From positions 18,662,001 to 18,726,000 of the forward strand of contig NC_043008.1 in the NCBI RefSeq assembly GCF_006345805.1: DNA of 64,000 nucleotides, read 5' to 3'. Of the stretch, positions 37,861 through 51,269 are shown piece after piece. Every line of letters begins with the position of its first letter. The first letter of the stretch is position 1. A program made the position numbers and the translations under genes. Under the pieces are notes generated by a model. It was given only the letters and a program-made list of their open reading frames with translations. It ran no database searches and was not told where the DNA came from. Source of the stretch: Octopus sinensis. Lineage: Eukaryota.

Positions 37861-38170
37861 TCCTTCCCCATCTAGCTTATTTCCCACACTTTTCTCTAAC
37901 CGACAACCACTTTCTCAAGCATGTTGATGGTTTCCTGCGAGATAAAGAGTTCAAAAATCAAACTTATGCTGAAAATACGTTCAAAGAGTTCATCAGCTCC
38001 AGAAATCAACATTTTCATGTTACCGGAATAAAAAGACTTATAACTCCTTGGCAAAAATCTGTTCATTATAACAGTACTGACTCTGATGAATAAAATTTCG
38101 ACATTTTAAAAAAATATTTTGTAATGAATTTCATGTTTCAAAATGTTGCTTTCGTTTTATTCAGCCTGAA
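37861..38170 (+). pseudogene. Mariner (cecropia/Hsmar1-like) transposase C-terminal remnant
   Basis: LPHLAYFPHFSLTDNHFLKHVDGFLRDKEFKNQTYAENTFKEFISSRNQHFHVTGIKRLITPWQKSV matches HPPYSPDLSPTDYHFFKHLDNFL..F.NQ..AENAF.EF..SR..FY..GI.KL..RWQKC. Confidence 0.8.
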
Positions 38171-39836
38171 ATAATAAAGATGTCATTTAAATAATGAAAT
38201 AATAAAGATGTCATTAAACCATCAACATGCTTGAGAAAGTAGTAGTCGGTTAGAGAAAATGCTTTAGTTAGGAAGTGTACACTCTGAACAATCTTGAAAT
38301 TACGAATGTCACGATGTTAGCACAATGGAATGCAGTATTGCCGATATCAAGTGCTTCATTCGTATCGAAAACAAGACACTCAACAAATTCACGTAATTGT
38401 ATGAAGTGGGTTTCTACTGATGTATATCTAATTCTCTTCTCTTAAATGTCTGAATTCAAGTAAACATTTGCCACCATTAGAGACCTTGATATAATTATTA
38501 TAATAATCGGTAGAAATTCACTCGTGTATGACGACGATAGATACTGGACCCAAATTAGAAGCAACGTGTTTTTCAACGATTTTAAGGGTAGCTACTACAG
38601 GGTGGAAATAACCGAACTGAACACATTTTACGTTCTAAACACCCGCAAAGTCATATATTTTAAGTTTAGATGTGATACAAAATAGAGAGTGAAGTGGAGG
38701 AAAGAAAATAGATGCAGGATATGTATGGGTGTTGAAGTTGTAAATCCGTTTTATAGGCATAATGGTATATAAGCAATATTCCAATATCCTATGAGTAAAG
38801 TCCAAAAGTCCAACAGAGTTTAAAATGAGTCCTTCCAAATATAGAGTTTATAAGCAAAGTAAGATTCCCTTATGAGTGAGATCCAGCAGATTTTTAATCT
38901 AAAACATCTGACCAATTTCTATTCCAAAAGCTGTCTTTGAAACTGAGAATCACTCTGCAGTAGAGCTTCCCCGCCAGTGCAACCTGACAGCGTGGCTGCA
39001 GGGGAGAGGTCATCTAACTCAAGACGCCGGTGTATTATAGTTGTCGGGGCCACTCACCCCGAATCTACGCGCTCATCGGGATGCTCTGGTTATCATAGTG
39101 GGCAGCGCCACCGGCGATATTCTGCAAGACATCGAGCGACCGAGCGGAAGAACAAGCAGGGCCCCGAGCTTCTAATAACATTTTGAAATTGAATCGAGAG
39201 GAGCTTTATACGGAAGTGAATGCAAAGACATTTAAGATCATTTCCAGCTAACATATCCAGTTTTTCCTGTCGGAAGATAGAGTGGATTTTTGTCTATTTG
39301 TACAATACATCTTAAAGCTGATGTAAAACAACGAAATTGAAAAACTACAGCCTGTAATAATATGAATGGTGCAACGTCATAAATCAATGTGTCAAATATG
39401 GGCAGTTTTTGTTTATCTGGAAATTATGGATGCAGTAAAACGAATCCCGATGATCGATGAGCGACAAGCATAAAGGCCACACATCACATGATGCATATAT
39501 TTTATAGTTGTTGTCGTAGGAGACTGTTCATGGAGCACTATTTTGAAATCCAATTCAACTAGTTTTTTTTTTTTACCATTTAACATCCCATGGTGGAACC
39601 CATTCCGGTGCAGAAGCAGCAAGCTTCAAGCAGATTAGGAAATGGTTATTCGAATTTTAATTTTTCTTCCAAAATTATTTCTCAAATTTGTCTCTGAAAT
39701 TATCTCCAATCCAAAGATAATTATTATTAGAAATCAAATTGTATACTGGCAGGCTTCAAATTTTCAAGACAGTTTGATAACTGGCTTGCACGAACATCTA
39801 AGCCCTCGAGTCACGTTTAACTCCTGCTAATCATAT

Positions 39837-39870
<34 letters not shown>

Positions 39871-39871
39871 G

Positions 39872-39912
<41 letters not shown>

Positions 39913-40052
39913 GATGTGTGTGTGTATGTATGTATGTATGTATGTATGTATGTATGTATGTATGCATAAATATATATATTCAATAAAATTATGTAGCAGC
40001 ACCAACTGGCAGTACCCAAGCATGGCCATAGCTGAAACTAGATAATGAAAAA

Positions 40053-40147
<95 letters not shown>

Positions 40148-40834
40148 ATATATATATATATATGTATATATATGTATATATGTACATAAGTATATATGTA
40201 TATATATGGATATATATAAATAAATGCATTTATGTAAATATGATTATATGTATATATAGATATGTATATATGTATATATATAGTCTACATATATATGCAT
40301 ATATATATTTATATATATATATGTATATATGTATATATGTATATATATTTTATATATGTATATATATATTTGTATATATATTTATATATATATATACCCC
40401 CACCCTTTGCCTATCCACAAACCCCAACTCTACGCGAGCCCTCAGCCGAACCCTAACCCCACCCGTGCTTTCCAGACTCTTGCCTCCCCCACCGCCCAAC
40501 AACATCGCACCACACCACACTACACCATACAACATTACACATCACATCACAACACACCACCCACACAACCACGCACACACCCATCCCCACATTTTTACAC
40601 CTACACATACATACAGGTACACGTCCAGACCACCATCCCCCTTTCACACGCACTACATACTCTCTTATACACACACGAACCTTCATGTTGGGGGTCCTCT
40701 TCACGTTGTTATCTCGCCACTTTTCTTCTCCGGCGTGACCCTTCTGTCCGAGTCAGACGCCATGATAGATCGTTAGCCACTCCACACATTTTTTTCTCTC
40801 CTTGTTTCTCTCCTTGTTTTTTCTGTGTCCATAT

Positions 40835-40960
40835 CTGTAGAAGAGCGTAGGCTCGAAACGTAACAGACTTTTTGTATTCCTGAGCGTTATACTAATACAT
40901 CTGTTTGTTTTGTACACCACCTGTCTTCGTCTTTTGTTGTTTTTTTCGTAAACTCTCTAC
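40835..40960 (+). mobile_element. Short repeat with a decayed minimal hammerhead; second partial copy inverted at ~5625-5725
   Basis: ctgtaga-a-gagc gtag gctc-gaaac-gta. The downstream agacttt..gagcgtta.actaatacatctgtttg is shared with the minus strand at ~5660-5720. Confidence 0.6.
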
Positions 40961-41022
40961 ATATGTGTGTATGTATATATATATATATGTATATATGTAT
41001 ATATAGATATATATATATGTAT

Positions 41023-41065
<43 letters not shown>

Positions 41066-41070
41066 AATGT

Positions 41071-41386
41071 AGAAAAGAGTGAAAAAACTACAGAAGGCTT
41101 GTTTTATAAGGTTAAAGAATATATTTAAGTCGTTATGTTAGAAAAATGTTATAAAATTTTGTATATAGTAACATAGTTTTTGGAGAAATAACCGGTTTCG
41201 TGTAAACTTTTCGTGTAATGTAGGTAAAGAAATTTGAGAAATTTGATAAGTTTACACGAAACCGGTTATTTCCCCCAAAACTATGTTACTATACACAAAA
41301 TTTTATAACATTTTTCTAACATAACGACTTAAATATATTCTTTAACCTTATAAAACAAGCCTTCTGTAGTTTTTTCACTCTTTTCT
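41071..41386. repeat. Fold-back with 139-bp arms and a decayed hammerhead in the right arm
   Basis: 41071-41209 is the near-perfect reverse complement of 41248-41386. Confidence 0.9.
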
Positions 41387-41467
41387 GTTTTTATACATCC
41401 ATCCACGTGCTTTCACACACCAACTTTCTCACCTATATACATATATATATATATACATATGTTGTGT

Positions 41468-41503
<36 letters not shown>

Positions 41504-41540
41504 AACTAAAAAACACAATATATATACATACACACAACGT

Positions 41541-41641
<101 letters not shown>

Positions 41642-42319
41642 GAGGGTGGGGAAAAGGAGAGAGAATGCTTTACATCACCCACAATTGTATGCACATTCAT
41701 TTACGCATACACCTATGTTTGAATGGGGAGATTTCTACTTATTCCATTCAAGTATATTAACGGTAATGTTGCATTAATTTATTTCAATTACGTTTTTCTA
41801 CTCGCCGCACAAGAAGCATGAATGAGAAATGAGAAAGGTAATAAACCAAAAAAAAAAAAAATCTCTGCTCTTTTCTCGTAATAATTATAGATTTGAAAGA
41901 CGTATCTAGGTCGAAAGACAATCACGCTGACTCGTTCGACAACCTTATTGTTTGGACCAGAAAAGATGTTCGTTTAATATCAGCGGAATCTTCGAGCGGA
42001 AAATCCTTTTCAAGCCGGTCTACTTCACGAAAATTGGTCATACAAAGACATAATACCTGGTCGATGGACAATCACGTGACAACAATGTAAGACCATCTAG
42101 TGCTTTATAATAATTCATTTCAATTTATATTTGTTGTTTTTGCTTTCTTGAAACTTTGAAAAGGTCATTTATTGCCGAAATATCGGCTTTAATCTATGTA
42201 ACAATGTAGTAAGTGTGATGATTGAGATAAATTATGAAAACTAGCATATGGCTTCTTGTTCATTTAATCGTATTATCAGTATTTGTAACGCTCCATAAAT
42301 TTATTTCAATTACACATAT

Positions 42320-42910
42320 CTACTCACTTGGCGGATATCATGAAAGAGTCAGAGAAACAAATTACTGCTATTATCTCACAGCAATTTGACAAAGAGAAGA
42401 GATGGAAGGAGAATTAATCATTCAATTGCCAAGTTTCGAAATATCTTGCATCAGTAAATTACTTCTTCATATGGTTGAGCTTTGTGAACACAATGGCTGG
42501 GATGTGATATGTCTTCCCGTAAAATCAGGTGCTAGATTTGTTGGAACTAGTGTTCACTCGAAGATCCGTTGCCTTGGACTAACAGTGAAGAAGAGAAAGC
42601 TGTTTCCAGAAAATTTCCAGAAGCCACTACGAAAGCGAATCATTATATCTGGATCAAGAGAGAGAACAACAGGCGCAGCAAGGACGACCGTTGAAGACGA
42701 TAGAAACTTTTGGCCCAGAGTTGCAACATCAGACTCAGCAAAGCGCATGTTGGTATGAGAGATTTTTGTCGCCTATATCGGTCGTTGGCTCCAGGCAGTT
42801 CAGGTGCCCCGGTGAAAGCGGAAAGGGGCAAACCTCTATAGAGCTGCTCCACTTCCAGATCAGACATTGACTCCTGCATTCGAAGAGTGTATAACATCAC
42901 CATTAGCACA
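42320..42910 (+). pseudogene. R2-Hero-like non-LTR retrotransposon, restriction-like endonuclease C-terminus and 3' UTR
   Basis: Frameshifted peptides ADIMKESEKQI; ELCEHNGWDVICLPVKSGARFVG; KFPEATTKANHYIWIKRE resemble RPDI..WS...K / GW....PVEVG.RGF / AERAS.W.W.KR. Confidence 0.65.
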
Positions 42911-43360
42911 CAAATGTTCACCCAAAATATACCATACAATCTCACAGAGAGCGCTTTAATATAACAATCGATGTGTTTGTATATGTTCTGACTTTTGCAT
43001 TAGGCAATTCTTTGAAACAATCTGAAAATGCTAAACCACCCACAGTATGTCACTGATTCATTATAAGACTCTTGCATAATATCGACTCCAAAATGAAAAT
43101 GGATTTTGATATTATGCATTATCATTCGCAGGATATGAATCATATTCTATTTTAGTTGTGTCCAGCATTGGCTACTGTTAATTATCATGACTGTTTCTTG
43201 TCCTTGGTCGCTTCTACAATAATCGATTAGCTCTGGTTTATACGATCAAAGTTCTTCCCTGCGTTGTTAAACGCTAATGAGACGTGGGCTTCTCCGACGA
43301 GTAAAAGAACATCGATTGGCGTCGACGCAAAGGCCGATGGACAAATCCATATTTGGAATA

Positions 43361-43955
43361 TTTTTTTCTACTCTAGGCACAGGGCCCGACATTTTGGGGG
43401 AGGGGACCAGTCGAATAGATCGACCCTAGTACGCAGCTGGTACTTAATTTATCGACCTCGAAAGGATAAAAGGTAAAATCAACCTCGCCGAATATATTTG
43501 AATTCATAAGAGGAAATATCGGCGTGCTAACGTTTCTTATTTCTTTACTGCCCACAAGGGGCTAAACACAGAAGGGACAAACAAGGACTGACAAATGGAT
43601 TATGTCGATTGTAATGACTCCAGTGCGTAACTGGTACCTATTTAATCGACCCCCGAAAGGATGAAAAGCAAAGTCGAACCCGGCGGAATTTGAACTCAAA
43701 ACGTAGCGGCAGACCTAATACCTATTTCTTTTCTACTCACAAAGGGCTAAACACAGAGAGGACAAACAAAGACAGACAAACAGATTAAGTTGATTATATC
43801 GACCCCAGTGCGTAACTGGTACTTAATTTATTGACCCCGAAAGGATGAAAGGCAAAGTCGACCTCGGCGGAATTTGAACTCAGATCGTAACGGCAGACGA
43901 AATACGGCTACGCATTTCACCCGGCGTGCTAATGTTTCTGCCAGATCGCCACCTT
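43361..43955 (-). mobile_element. Two adjacent family B SINE copies (43361-43531 and 43532-43955)
   Basis: Repeated aatttatcgac..gaaaggat.aaagg.aaagtc.acctcg.cggaatttgaact blocks. Confidence 0.88.
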
Positions 43956-44029
43956 CCATGCTAGGAATATCATTACGAGCGCATATTCGAACAGAGAGCA
44001 TTCGAGAACGGTGGTGAGTGAGCGCAGTG

Positions 44030-44270
44030 ATCCCAGAATACAGAAATCACATGTGTCACTGAAACGGATACGTCGCAAGTTTCAATGGTGACAGGTGGAT
44101 CTGTGCAGTTGCCGAATGTAATATAAGAGATCAGAAAATGGCTACTTGGAAGACCTCTATAACTATGGAAAGACTATCTGATCTAGCCATTTGGGTCTCC
44201 ATGGAAAAGAATGACTGAATCATGACATAACTGGAAGGGCATTATAACCGGCGGTGTATAGCAGCATCTG
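44030..44270 (+). pseudogene. RTE-like LINE RT C-terminal remnant
   Basis: NGDRWICAVAECNIRDQK..GRPL..WKDYL resembles D.RW...V.EW.PRD.KR..GRP..RW.D. Confidence 0.45.
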
Positions 44271-45120
44271 ACGATCTGGTCGATATTATGGTACTGTGAT
44301 ATCTTAGACACTCATATGTGGAGTCAGTTGTCTAATAACCGCTTCAGTAATCACAGCAAATCGATGTTTTTAAATTCATTCTATTACATATGTGAGACAC
44401 TGCCGTCTAAGAAATTAGAAAGATTAGTGCGAGAGGAGAACTAGACGTTAAAACAAGAAACCAATCACATAATCAATCCATCAATATTTATTCTAATGAA
44501 GATTGCTGAAAACTTGACTGACACAGACATCCAGTACTAAACGAATATTTATATCAGAGATAAGTTATTTAATGTAGTGGAACGAAAATATAATTAATCA
44601 AAAGTCTTGCAGCCAAGACATTGTTCACTACGTTATGATAGCAATGGTTTAGTTATTTGGGTTTTATTATGCAGATAGCGTCCCTAGGTAATTTGTATCA
44701 TTCCGCACAAAGGGAAAAGTGTAACCTAATCAATACGCTCTCTGAAGACACGAGATGGAGTGGTTTGTGTTTACGATCTGTATTTTGTGTGTTCACTGCA
44801 GGAAACAGGTAACACGATCTGTCTTTGAGCAAGGTGATAAGTTTCACACTTTGTTCAGAAACCTCAGCTGTGAATAAGTCCTTGATCATAGCTGGAGGGT
44901 TAAATCTGAAAAAGACGGATGATTTCTTTCCTATTCAGCATTTTTAGGGGTTTTTAGTTTTTGTTTGTTTTTTTTGTCCTTTTTTTGCGGGGGGGGGGCT
45001 TGCAGTCTGTTAACCACCACTGCAGCAGGAACAATATCCAGTGTAATGAATCTGTTCGTTCGAGACACACAGACTTCAACTCTTCTCTCCTTAACTAATA
45101 CACTGTCTCCAGGAAGGAGA

Positions 45121-45380
45121 ATTTTTTTTTTATACTCTAGGTACAAGGCCCGAAATTTGGGGGGAGGGGGGGCAGTCGATTAGATCGACCCCAGTACACA
45201 ACTGGTACTTAATTTATTGACCCCGAAAGGATGAAAGGCAAAGGGAACCTCGGCGGAATTTGAACTCAGGCTTACAAAGAATAAGTCATAGTGTCGATTT
45301 GCTCGTCTAAATTAGGTGCTCCAGCATGGTCACAGTCAAATGACTGAAACGATTGAAAGAGTAAAAGAGTAAAGAGTAAA
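45121..45380. mobile_element. Fused SINE fragments: family B (minus, 45121-45269) joined to a family A tail (plus, 45269-45380)
   Basis: The junction gaatttgaactcag|gcttacaaagaataag switches family and strand. Confidence 0.8.
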
Positions 45381-46229
45381 CCGCATAGAGCAAGTTAATG
45401 TCCCACGGACCAAAGAAAACATTACAACATAACCTGCCCCACTGTAAAACTAATGAAACTACTACAGATAGAGGAAAAAGAACCCCTCACAAAACCGACA
45501 ATATTATAGAACAGACCATATACGGAAAATGAGCCCATTATAGTAGAAATAAATCATAAACAGTGATAAAAAGTGAATTATATGATGAGGGAGAGTCATT
45601 GAAATGAATGTACAGCTACAACAAAGATACAATAATCTGTCCCCATGTCGCGGCTCACCAATCGCGCACTCAGTACATCGCGAATTTTTCTAGCTAATAC
45701 ATGGAAATTTATATTGCGGACTCCTGAATATATCGCGGGTTTCTAGAGCCGATATGTGTTTATATTTTTTTAGATTTTAATTATTTCTGTGGGTGATTTT
45801 GGAACATAACACCCGTGATCATCAAAGGATTACTGTATATTGAACAGATAAGAAAATAAACGAATAACAACAGCAGATCAGCTGGGATCCACATTAAGTA
45901 GAATCTAATAGAAATAAATTATAGAAAAAGCAAGGAAGCCTATTCACATAGATTAGCGTGGATTACCACAATCCTTTCACTTTTATTTCGTTCCCATATA
46001 AATATTTTTCTTCGGGGTAGTGAACTTTTAGTTTCTACTTTACGGTTTTCTGATAAAACAGAGAAAATATGTTTGTTTACTTCATGTTGTTCCTTCGTTA
46101 TATTAATCAGTTTATCAAATCTCCACCAACGCTATCTCAGAAGATTAATGTTTTCAGATAATTAAAATCTCAAGGACTTTGCGAAGCAAGAGGATGACAA
46201 TTATCTAAAATAATCTGTCACCGGCCACA

Positions 46230-46500
46230 ATTGTGGCGGTATTGTTTAGTCACCTGATCATCTACTTCACTGGTACTTCCAGAACGTCTATGAAAACAGA
46301 GATAAGTTTTAGTCCAATGACAGATAATTTCTTCACTTCTTTGAGCAAGTTTCGATACTTTTTTAATCTTAACTACTTTCCTTCTACGTTGCTATCAAAT
46401 GGATTACCAAAATCTATTATCTTCACACTTGGGATTTTCCTTTCTTTTAATCGTATATTGTCTCTCAGCCTCTAAGAGTATTGTCAGGTTTCCAGCCGTA
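46230..46500 (-). pseudogene. R4/Dong-like restriction-like endonuclease remnant
   Basis: Minus peptide WKPD...KIIDFGNPFDSNVEGK..KKYRNLLKEVKKL resembles RPD..IID.A.P.D.....K...K..KY..L..E..RL. Confidence 0.5.
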
Positions 46501-46660
46501 AATCCGATATAATCTCACATTAAACCAGTTTCAATAATAACAGCTTGCAGTAATTTTCTCGAAAATTTTCTGGTGGATCTAACGTCATACGAGATATCTT
46601 TTAAATACTCACTTCACAATGAAACTATAATTTAACTTATTTCACTATTAACAATAAATA

Positions 46661-46917
46661 ATAAATAAATGCGCCCTTTTAAATCCTAGCCAGGCTCATG
46701 GGCCCGGTTTCCCGGTTTCAACCGCGTATCTATTCCCCAGCTGGACGGGATGCAAGTCCATCGCAGCGTTACTGATTTTTGCCAGCTGAGTGGACTGGAG
46801 CAACGTGAAATGAAGTGTTTTGCTCAAGAACGCAGTGCGTGGCTCGGTCCAGGAATCGAAACTACAATCATACGATCATGATGCTAACACCCTAACCACT
46901 TAGCCACGCGCCTCCAC
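46661..46917 (-). mobile_element. Full-length tRNA-derived SINE, family D
   Basis: Minus head gtggaggcgcgtggctaagtgg (A box) ..gtttcgattcctgg (B box). Reverse complement of 49481-49740. Confidence 0.92.
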
Positions 46918-48216
46918 ACAATTAACAATACTAGTTAAAATTGAATGTAGAAAATTGAATATAGAAAATTGACAAGAGCTTTATGAGGAGATGGCCAAAG
47001 TATCACAATCCTCTGAGTCATTTTGAGGTTCACCATAAGTCTTTCGTTCATACATGTATCCAGGAAGAATTTTCATTTGGAATGCTATCGCTGTCTTACC
47101 TCTACTTAAAGGAATAATAGAGTTGAGCAATGCAAACTAACGCAAACTTATTAATCACTTAATACTCTCAAGCTTAGAGAGTCTATGTAGATTAAAAAAT
47201 ATTTTCCTGCTGTCGTGAGAAAAGTTTCATATGGTGGTCTGGTGTTCTACTCTTGTGGAGGTTCATTGAAAAGTGAGTAAATTGTCCGTCTTATGAGAAT
47301 ATGAAATTATTATATAATTCTTATTAGTCTATTTTTTATAAACAGTACGTATATCTTTTCCCGTTGGATAAAAATCGATTTTTCATAATACTCAATCAGA
47401 GAACTCATTAAAGAGGGCTCTGAAGATTATTGATTCAAGAAAACTGTGGACGTATCTGGAAGGAACGTTGTAAATTCCAACCCAACGTAAGTATGCCTAT
47501 GAATGACACACAGGAAGACGCTTGAAGACAGAACATATGATGACGCAATCTAGGACACAGTGACTTCTAAGGTAAGCTTAACTATCCACTCACACTGGAT
47601 TAGGTTCAGAAATTCCATTTTTCTTGTTGTTATATTTGTTTCTTTGGGGTTTTTTTTTTTTGCTTTCTTTACTTATAATTACATAAGACGTGCCCTATAA
47701 TAACCTTGAATGTAGGTTCACGTCATATGGAGATTCAGTACTTTTTTTTTGTTTGTTTTTACTTCATCTCAGCGATACGATAGAACTATCCTAATCACAT
47801 GAGCAGATATTGTTATCAAGGTTTGACAGTTAATGACGTGCTGGCTAACTGAAGCATATTGATAGCAAACATCATATAAAACTATCAGAGTTAATCGATC
47901 TGAAGAATCGGCAACTACAAAGTCGAGTCAGCTAATTAATATTATATTCAGTGGAGATAGAAATACATCGAGTAAAAGATATGAAAAATAACTGACCAAC
48001 TACAAAGATTCTAAGTTACTGGATTTGAAAGCACACAGCATATATAATGAACGTTGCTATTTCAACAAATGGTCGTATCGTTAAATTGTTCGCTTCGCAA
48101 ACCTATGGTCTCAAGTTCAATCCATGAAGGAATACTTTTGCTAAGAGTCTTCTACTCTAGATTTGTATTCGACAGGGCCACGTGTGTGAAATTCGAAATA
48201 AAGAATTGTCGAATAT

Positions 48217-48260
<44 letters not shown>

Positions 48261-48346
48261 AATAATAAATATTAGGGAATAAATCCAAATTTACAGGGAA
48301 AAATCAGATTTATGATTGAATCCAATTTTATAGTAAAATATAATAC

Positions 48347-48540
48347 AATATTAATTAGAGACAAAACCACTATTATGCAAATCAAACAAAGAAAGACTTA
48401 ATCCAATGCATAAAAAATTTTATATAAATTAAATATAATTAAGATTAATTATATTTAATTTATATAAAATTTTTTATGTATTGGATTAAGTCTTTCTTTG
48501 TTTGATTTGCATAATAGTGGTTTTGTCTCTAATTAATATT
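48347..48540. repeat. Near-perfect palindrome, 96-bp arms, 2-nt spacer
   Basis: 48347-48442 / 48445-48540, one mismatch seen. Confidence 0.92.
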
Positions 48541-48637
48541 ATATATATATATATATATATTCAATATGAGACCGCGTGTGTATCGTTGGCGATTTTTCCC
48601 TCCGTCTTCCCTTCCTTGGATATTTCCTTTTCCTATG

Positions 48638-48670
48638 TTTCTGATGAAGAGCTCCGCTCAAAACGTTAAA
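48638..48670 (+). ncRNA. Minimal hammerhead with G12A substitution
   Basis: ttt-ctgatga-a-gagc tcc gctc-Aaaa-cgtt-aaa. Confidence 0.6.
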
Positions 48671-48769
48671 TCCTCCTCCTTTCTTTCCTCTCCTGAGCGT
48701 CCAATAACACTGTACTTGTTCCACGTCCTCGCGTTGTTGTGTTTTCTCTTTGTGTTTTCATGTTTGGAT

Positions 48770-48924
<155 letters not shown>

Positions 48925-48927
48925 ATA

Positions 48928-49172
48928 GTGGTTGGTGCAGCGGACTCGTGGTCGAAGGATCGCGGGTTAGCATCTCAGACCGGGCGATATGTGTTTTTAT
49001 GAGCGAAACACCTAAACTCCACGCGTCTCCGGCAAAAGGTAATGGCGAACTTCTGCTGACTCTTTCGCCGAAACTTTTTCTCACTCTTGCACCCTGGAGC
49101 TCACCTGCGACGGACCGGCGTCCCGTCAAGGTGGGGAACCTATACGCCAAGGAAACCGGGAAACCAGCCCTT
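48928..49172 (+). mobile_element. tRNA-derived SINE, family E (V-core-like segment)
   Basis: tRNA-like head, then ctgcgacggaccggcgtcccgtcaaggtggggaacc..ggaaaccgggaaacc. Confidence 0.75.
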
Positions 49173-49480
49173 ATATATGTATGTATGCATGTATGTATGT
49201 ATGTATGTATGTATACTAAGGACTGCAAGGTAAAAGAGAAAAGCGGCTGCAAATACAATCACCTGCACTAAGCTGTAATCCTTATAACTGCAACATCAGT
49301 CGGAAGAATAGACCTAGTACTTTTTCTTAAAGCCTGCTCCTTACTCCATCGGTCGCTTATGGGGATTGTAAGCCAGGAAAGTTACGGAGACAGATAAAAC
49401 AACACTGGTTGTCAAGCTGTTGAAGGGGACAAAATCAAACAGACACACCGATATATTTCCATACATACATATATACATAT

Positions 49481-49740
49481 GGGGATGCGCGTGGCTAAGT
49501 GGTTAGGGTGCCAGCATCATGATCGTAAGATTGTGGTTTCGATTCCTGGACCGGGCGTTGTGTTGTGTTCTTGAGCAAAACACTTCACTTCATGTGACTC
49601 CAGTCCACTCAGCTGGCAAAAATGAGTAAGGCTGCGATGGAGTGGCGTCCCGTCCAGCTGGGGATAACACATACGCCATAGAAACCGAGAAAACGGGCCC
49701 ATGGGCCTGGTTAGGCTTTAAAAGGGCGCATTTATTTATT
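49481..49740 (+). mobile_element. Full-length tRNA-derived SINE, family D
   Basis: A/B boxes, ctgcgatggagtggcgtcccgtccagctgggga core, (ttta)n tail. Confidence 0.92.
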
Positions 49741-50634
49741 ACTACAAGTATACATATATGTATATATTATGTATGTCATTATTCAGTTTTATTTAAAGAT
49801 TTCTTGTGAATAGGAAAAAACCGATGTATGCATGTATGTATGAATGTATGTATATATGTAGATATGTGTTTAGTTATTTTGAGGTAAATATCAGAAATGT
49901 GTTCAGGCTAATTTTATGTCGGAAGAGTATAGATTGTTATATCCGCTATTTTATATAATATAAACAAGGATTATAAATGAACCGCGGTTCATCTGGTCGA
50001 CCGCACGCATAAGAGATTTTCCAGCTCGTTACAAATTCCGTTGACGGAGATATCATTAGCAGACAGCGCTTCAGAATGATGGAAGAATGCTGATACCACA
50101 GCATAATATTAAGATAAACGTACAGAGTACGAATTCTAAAAAAAAATATACATAACTGAAGCGTATAAGCTTTCAAAGTTTTATGTCCATGTAAATTACA
50201 ATGGGGCTGTCTACTGAGGATAGGCCGACATCACTGCGTTCAAAAGATCAAGCAATATCATTTATGAATGTTGATGAGGGATTAAGAAACTGCTGTTAGG
50301 AATTAACAAAAAGAAAAACATATATACGAAATTTTATTGCCAAAGGAAAAATAACATAAATGTACTTCAAATGTGCTTTCATGTATAATAAATTTGAAAG
50401 TAAGGCTATCCTCGATAAACTTACACCATTGACAAGCTAAATCAATGCAAAGCGCATTGTGTCTAGCGATATATAACAACATCCTCTAGTCTAGACGATC
50501 ACTTGATCACAGGATCATGTGATACACACACACACACATACATATATAGATATATTTATATATAAGAATGTATAAATATTTATAACAGTGAGAAGACGCT
50601 AAAAGGGCAAAAGAATATATATATATATATATAT

Positions 50635-50704
<70 letters not shown>

Positions 50705-51008
50705 TATATATACAATATACAATATAAAATATGCAATATTAAGGATTCAGGATAGAATAAGGTACTTAAATGATATGCACAAGGTCGGGTCGATTTAAAC
50801 TGTAAGCACCACCTTTAGTCGAATAATTATACTGGATATTGAAGTACATCCAGTAAAATATTCAGGTTGTGTGCACATAGAATTTAACCCTTATGAGTAT
50901 CTAACGCCTAGGGGCTGATCCAAAGCGCACGTTGTATTGATCACACGATGTGTTTGCTATACTCCACAATGTTATTATTTTATTTGCTTTATATATATAT
51001 ACAAAGCA

Positions 51009-51053
<45 letters not shown>

Positions 51054-51222
51054 CTCGTGAAGTATATTTGCCACTTAAGTGTGGCTAGCCTTTAAGGATG
51101 TATGCTACTGTAGCTTGTAGCCCCAGGAGGACACCTCCTCCAGCTGGTTATTGATACACTTTCTGTGCCCTATCATTATTTGCAAAGGGAAGCCATACTT
51201 CCCATCTCCAGCCTGACATGAT

Positions 51223-51269
51223 TCACACGGACCCGAGTTTCTGAGTATTAACCCTTCATCAACGTGTGA
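51223..51269 (-). ncRNA. Type I minimal hammerhead with C3U substitution
   Basis: Minus: UCACACG-UUGAUGA-A-GGG UUAAUA CUC-A-GAAA-C UCGG G-UC/CGUGUGA. Stem I has 7 bp. Confidence 0.7.

Noticed and set aside
37995-38095. CUGAUGA motifs at ~38000 (-) and 38083 (+)
   Set aside because: They lie inside the mariner coding remnant, with no matching GAAA or stems. Treated as chance matches.
38597-38900. Tc1-type element starting TA|CAGGGTG
   Set aside because: No partner TIR or coding remnant found.
40045-40850. 243-aa and 173-aa ORFs
   Set aside because: Derived from (TA)n and CA-rich low-complexity sequence.
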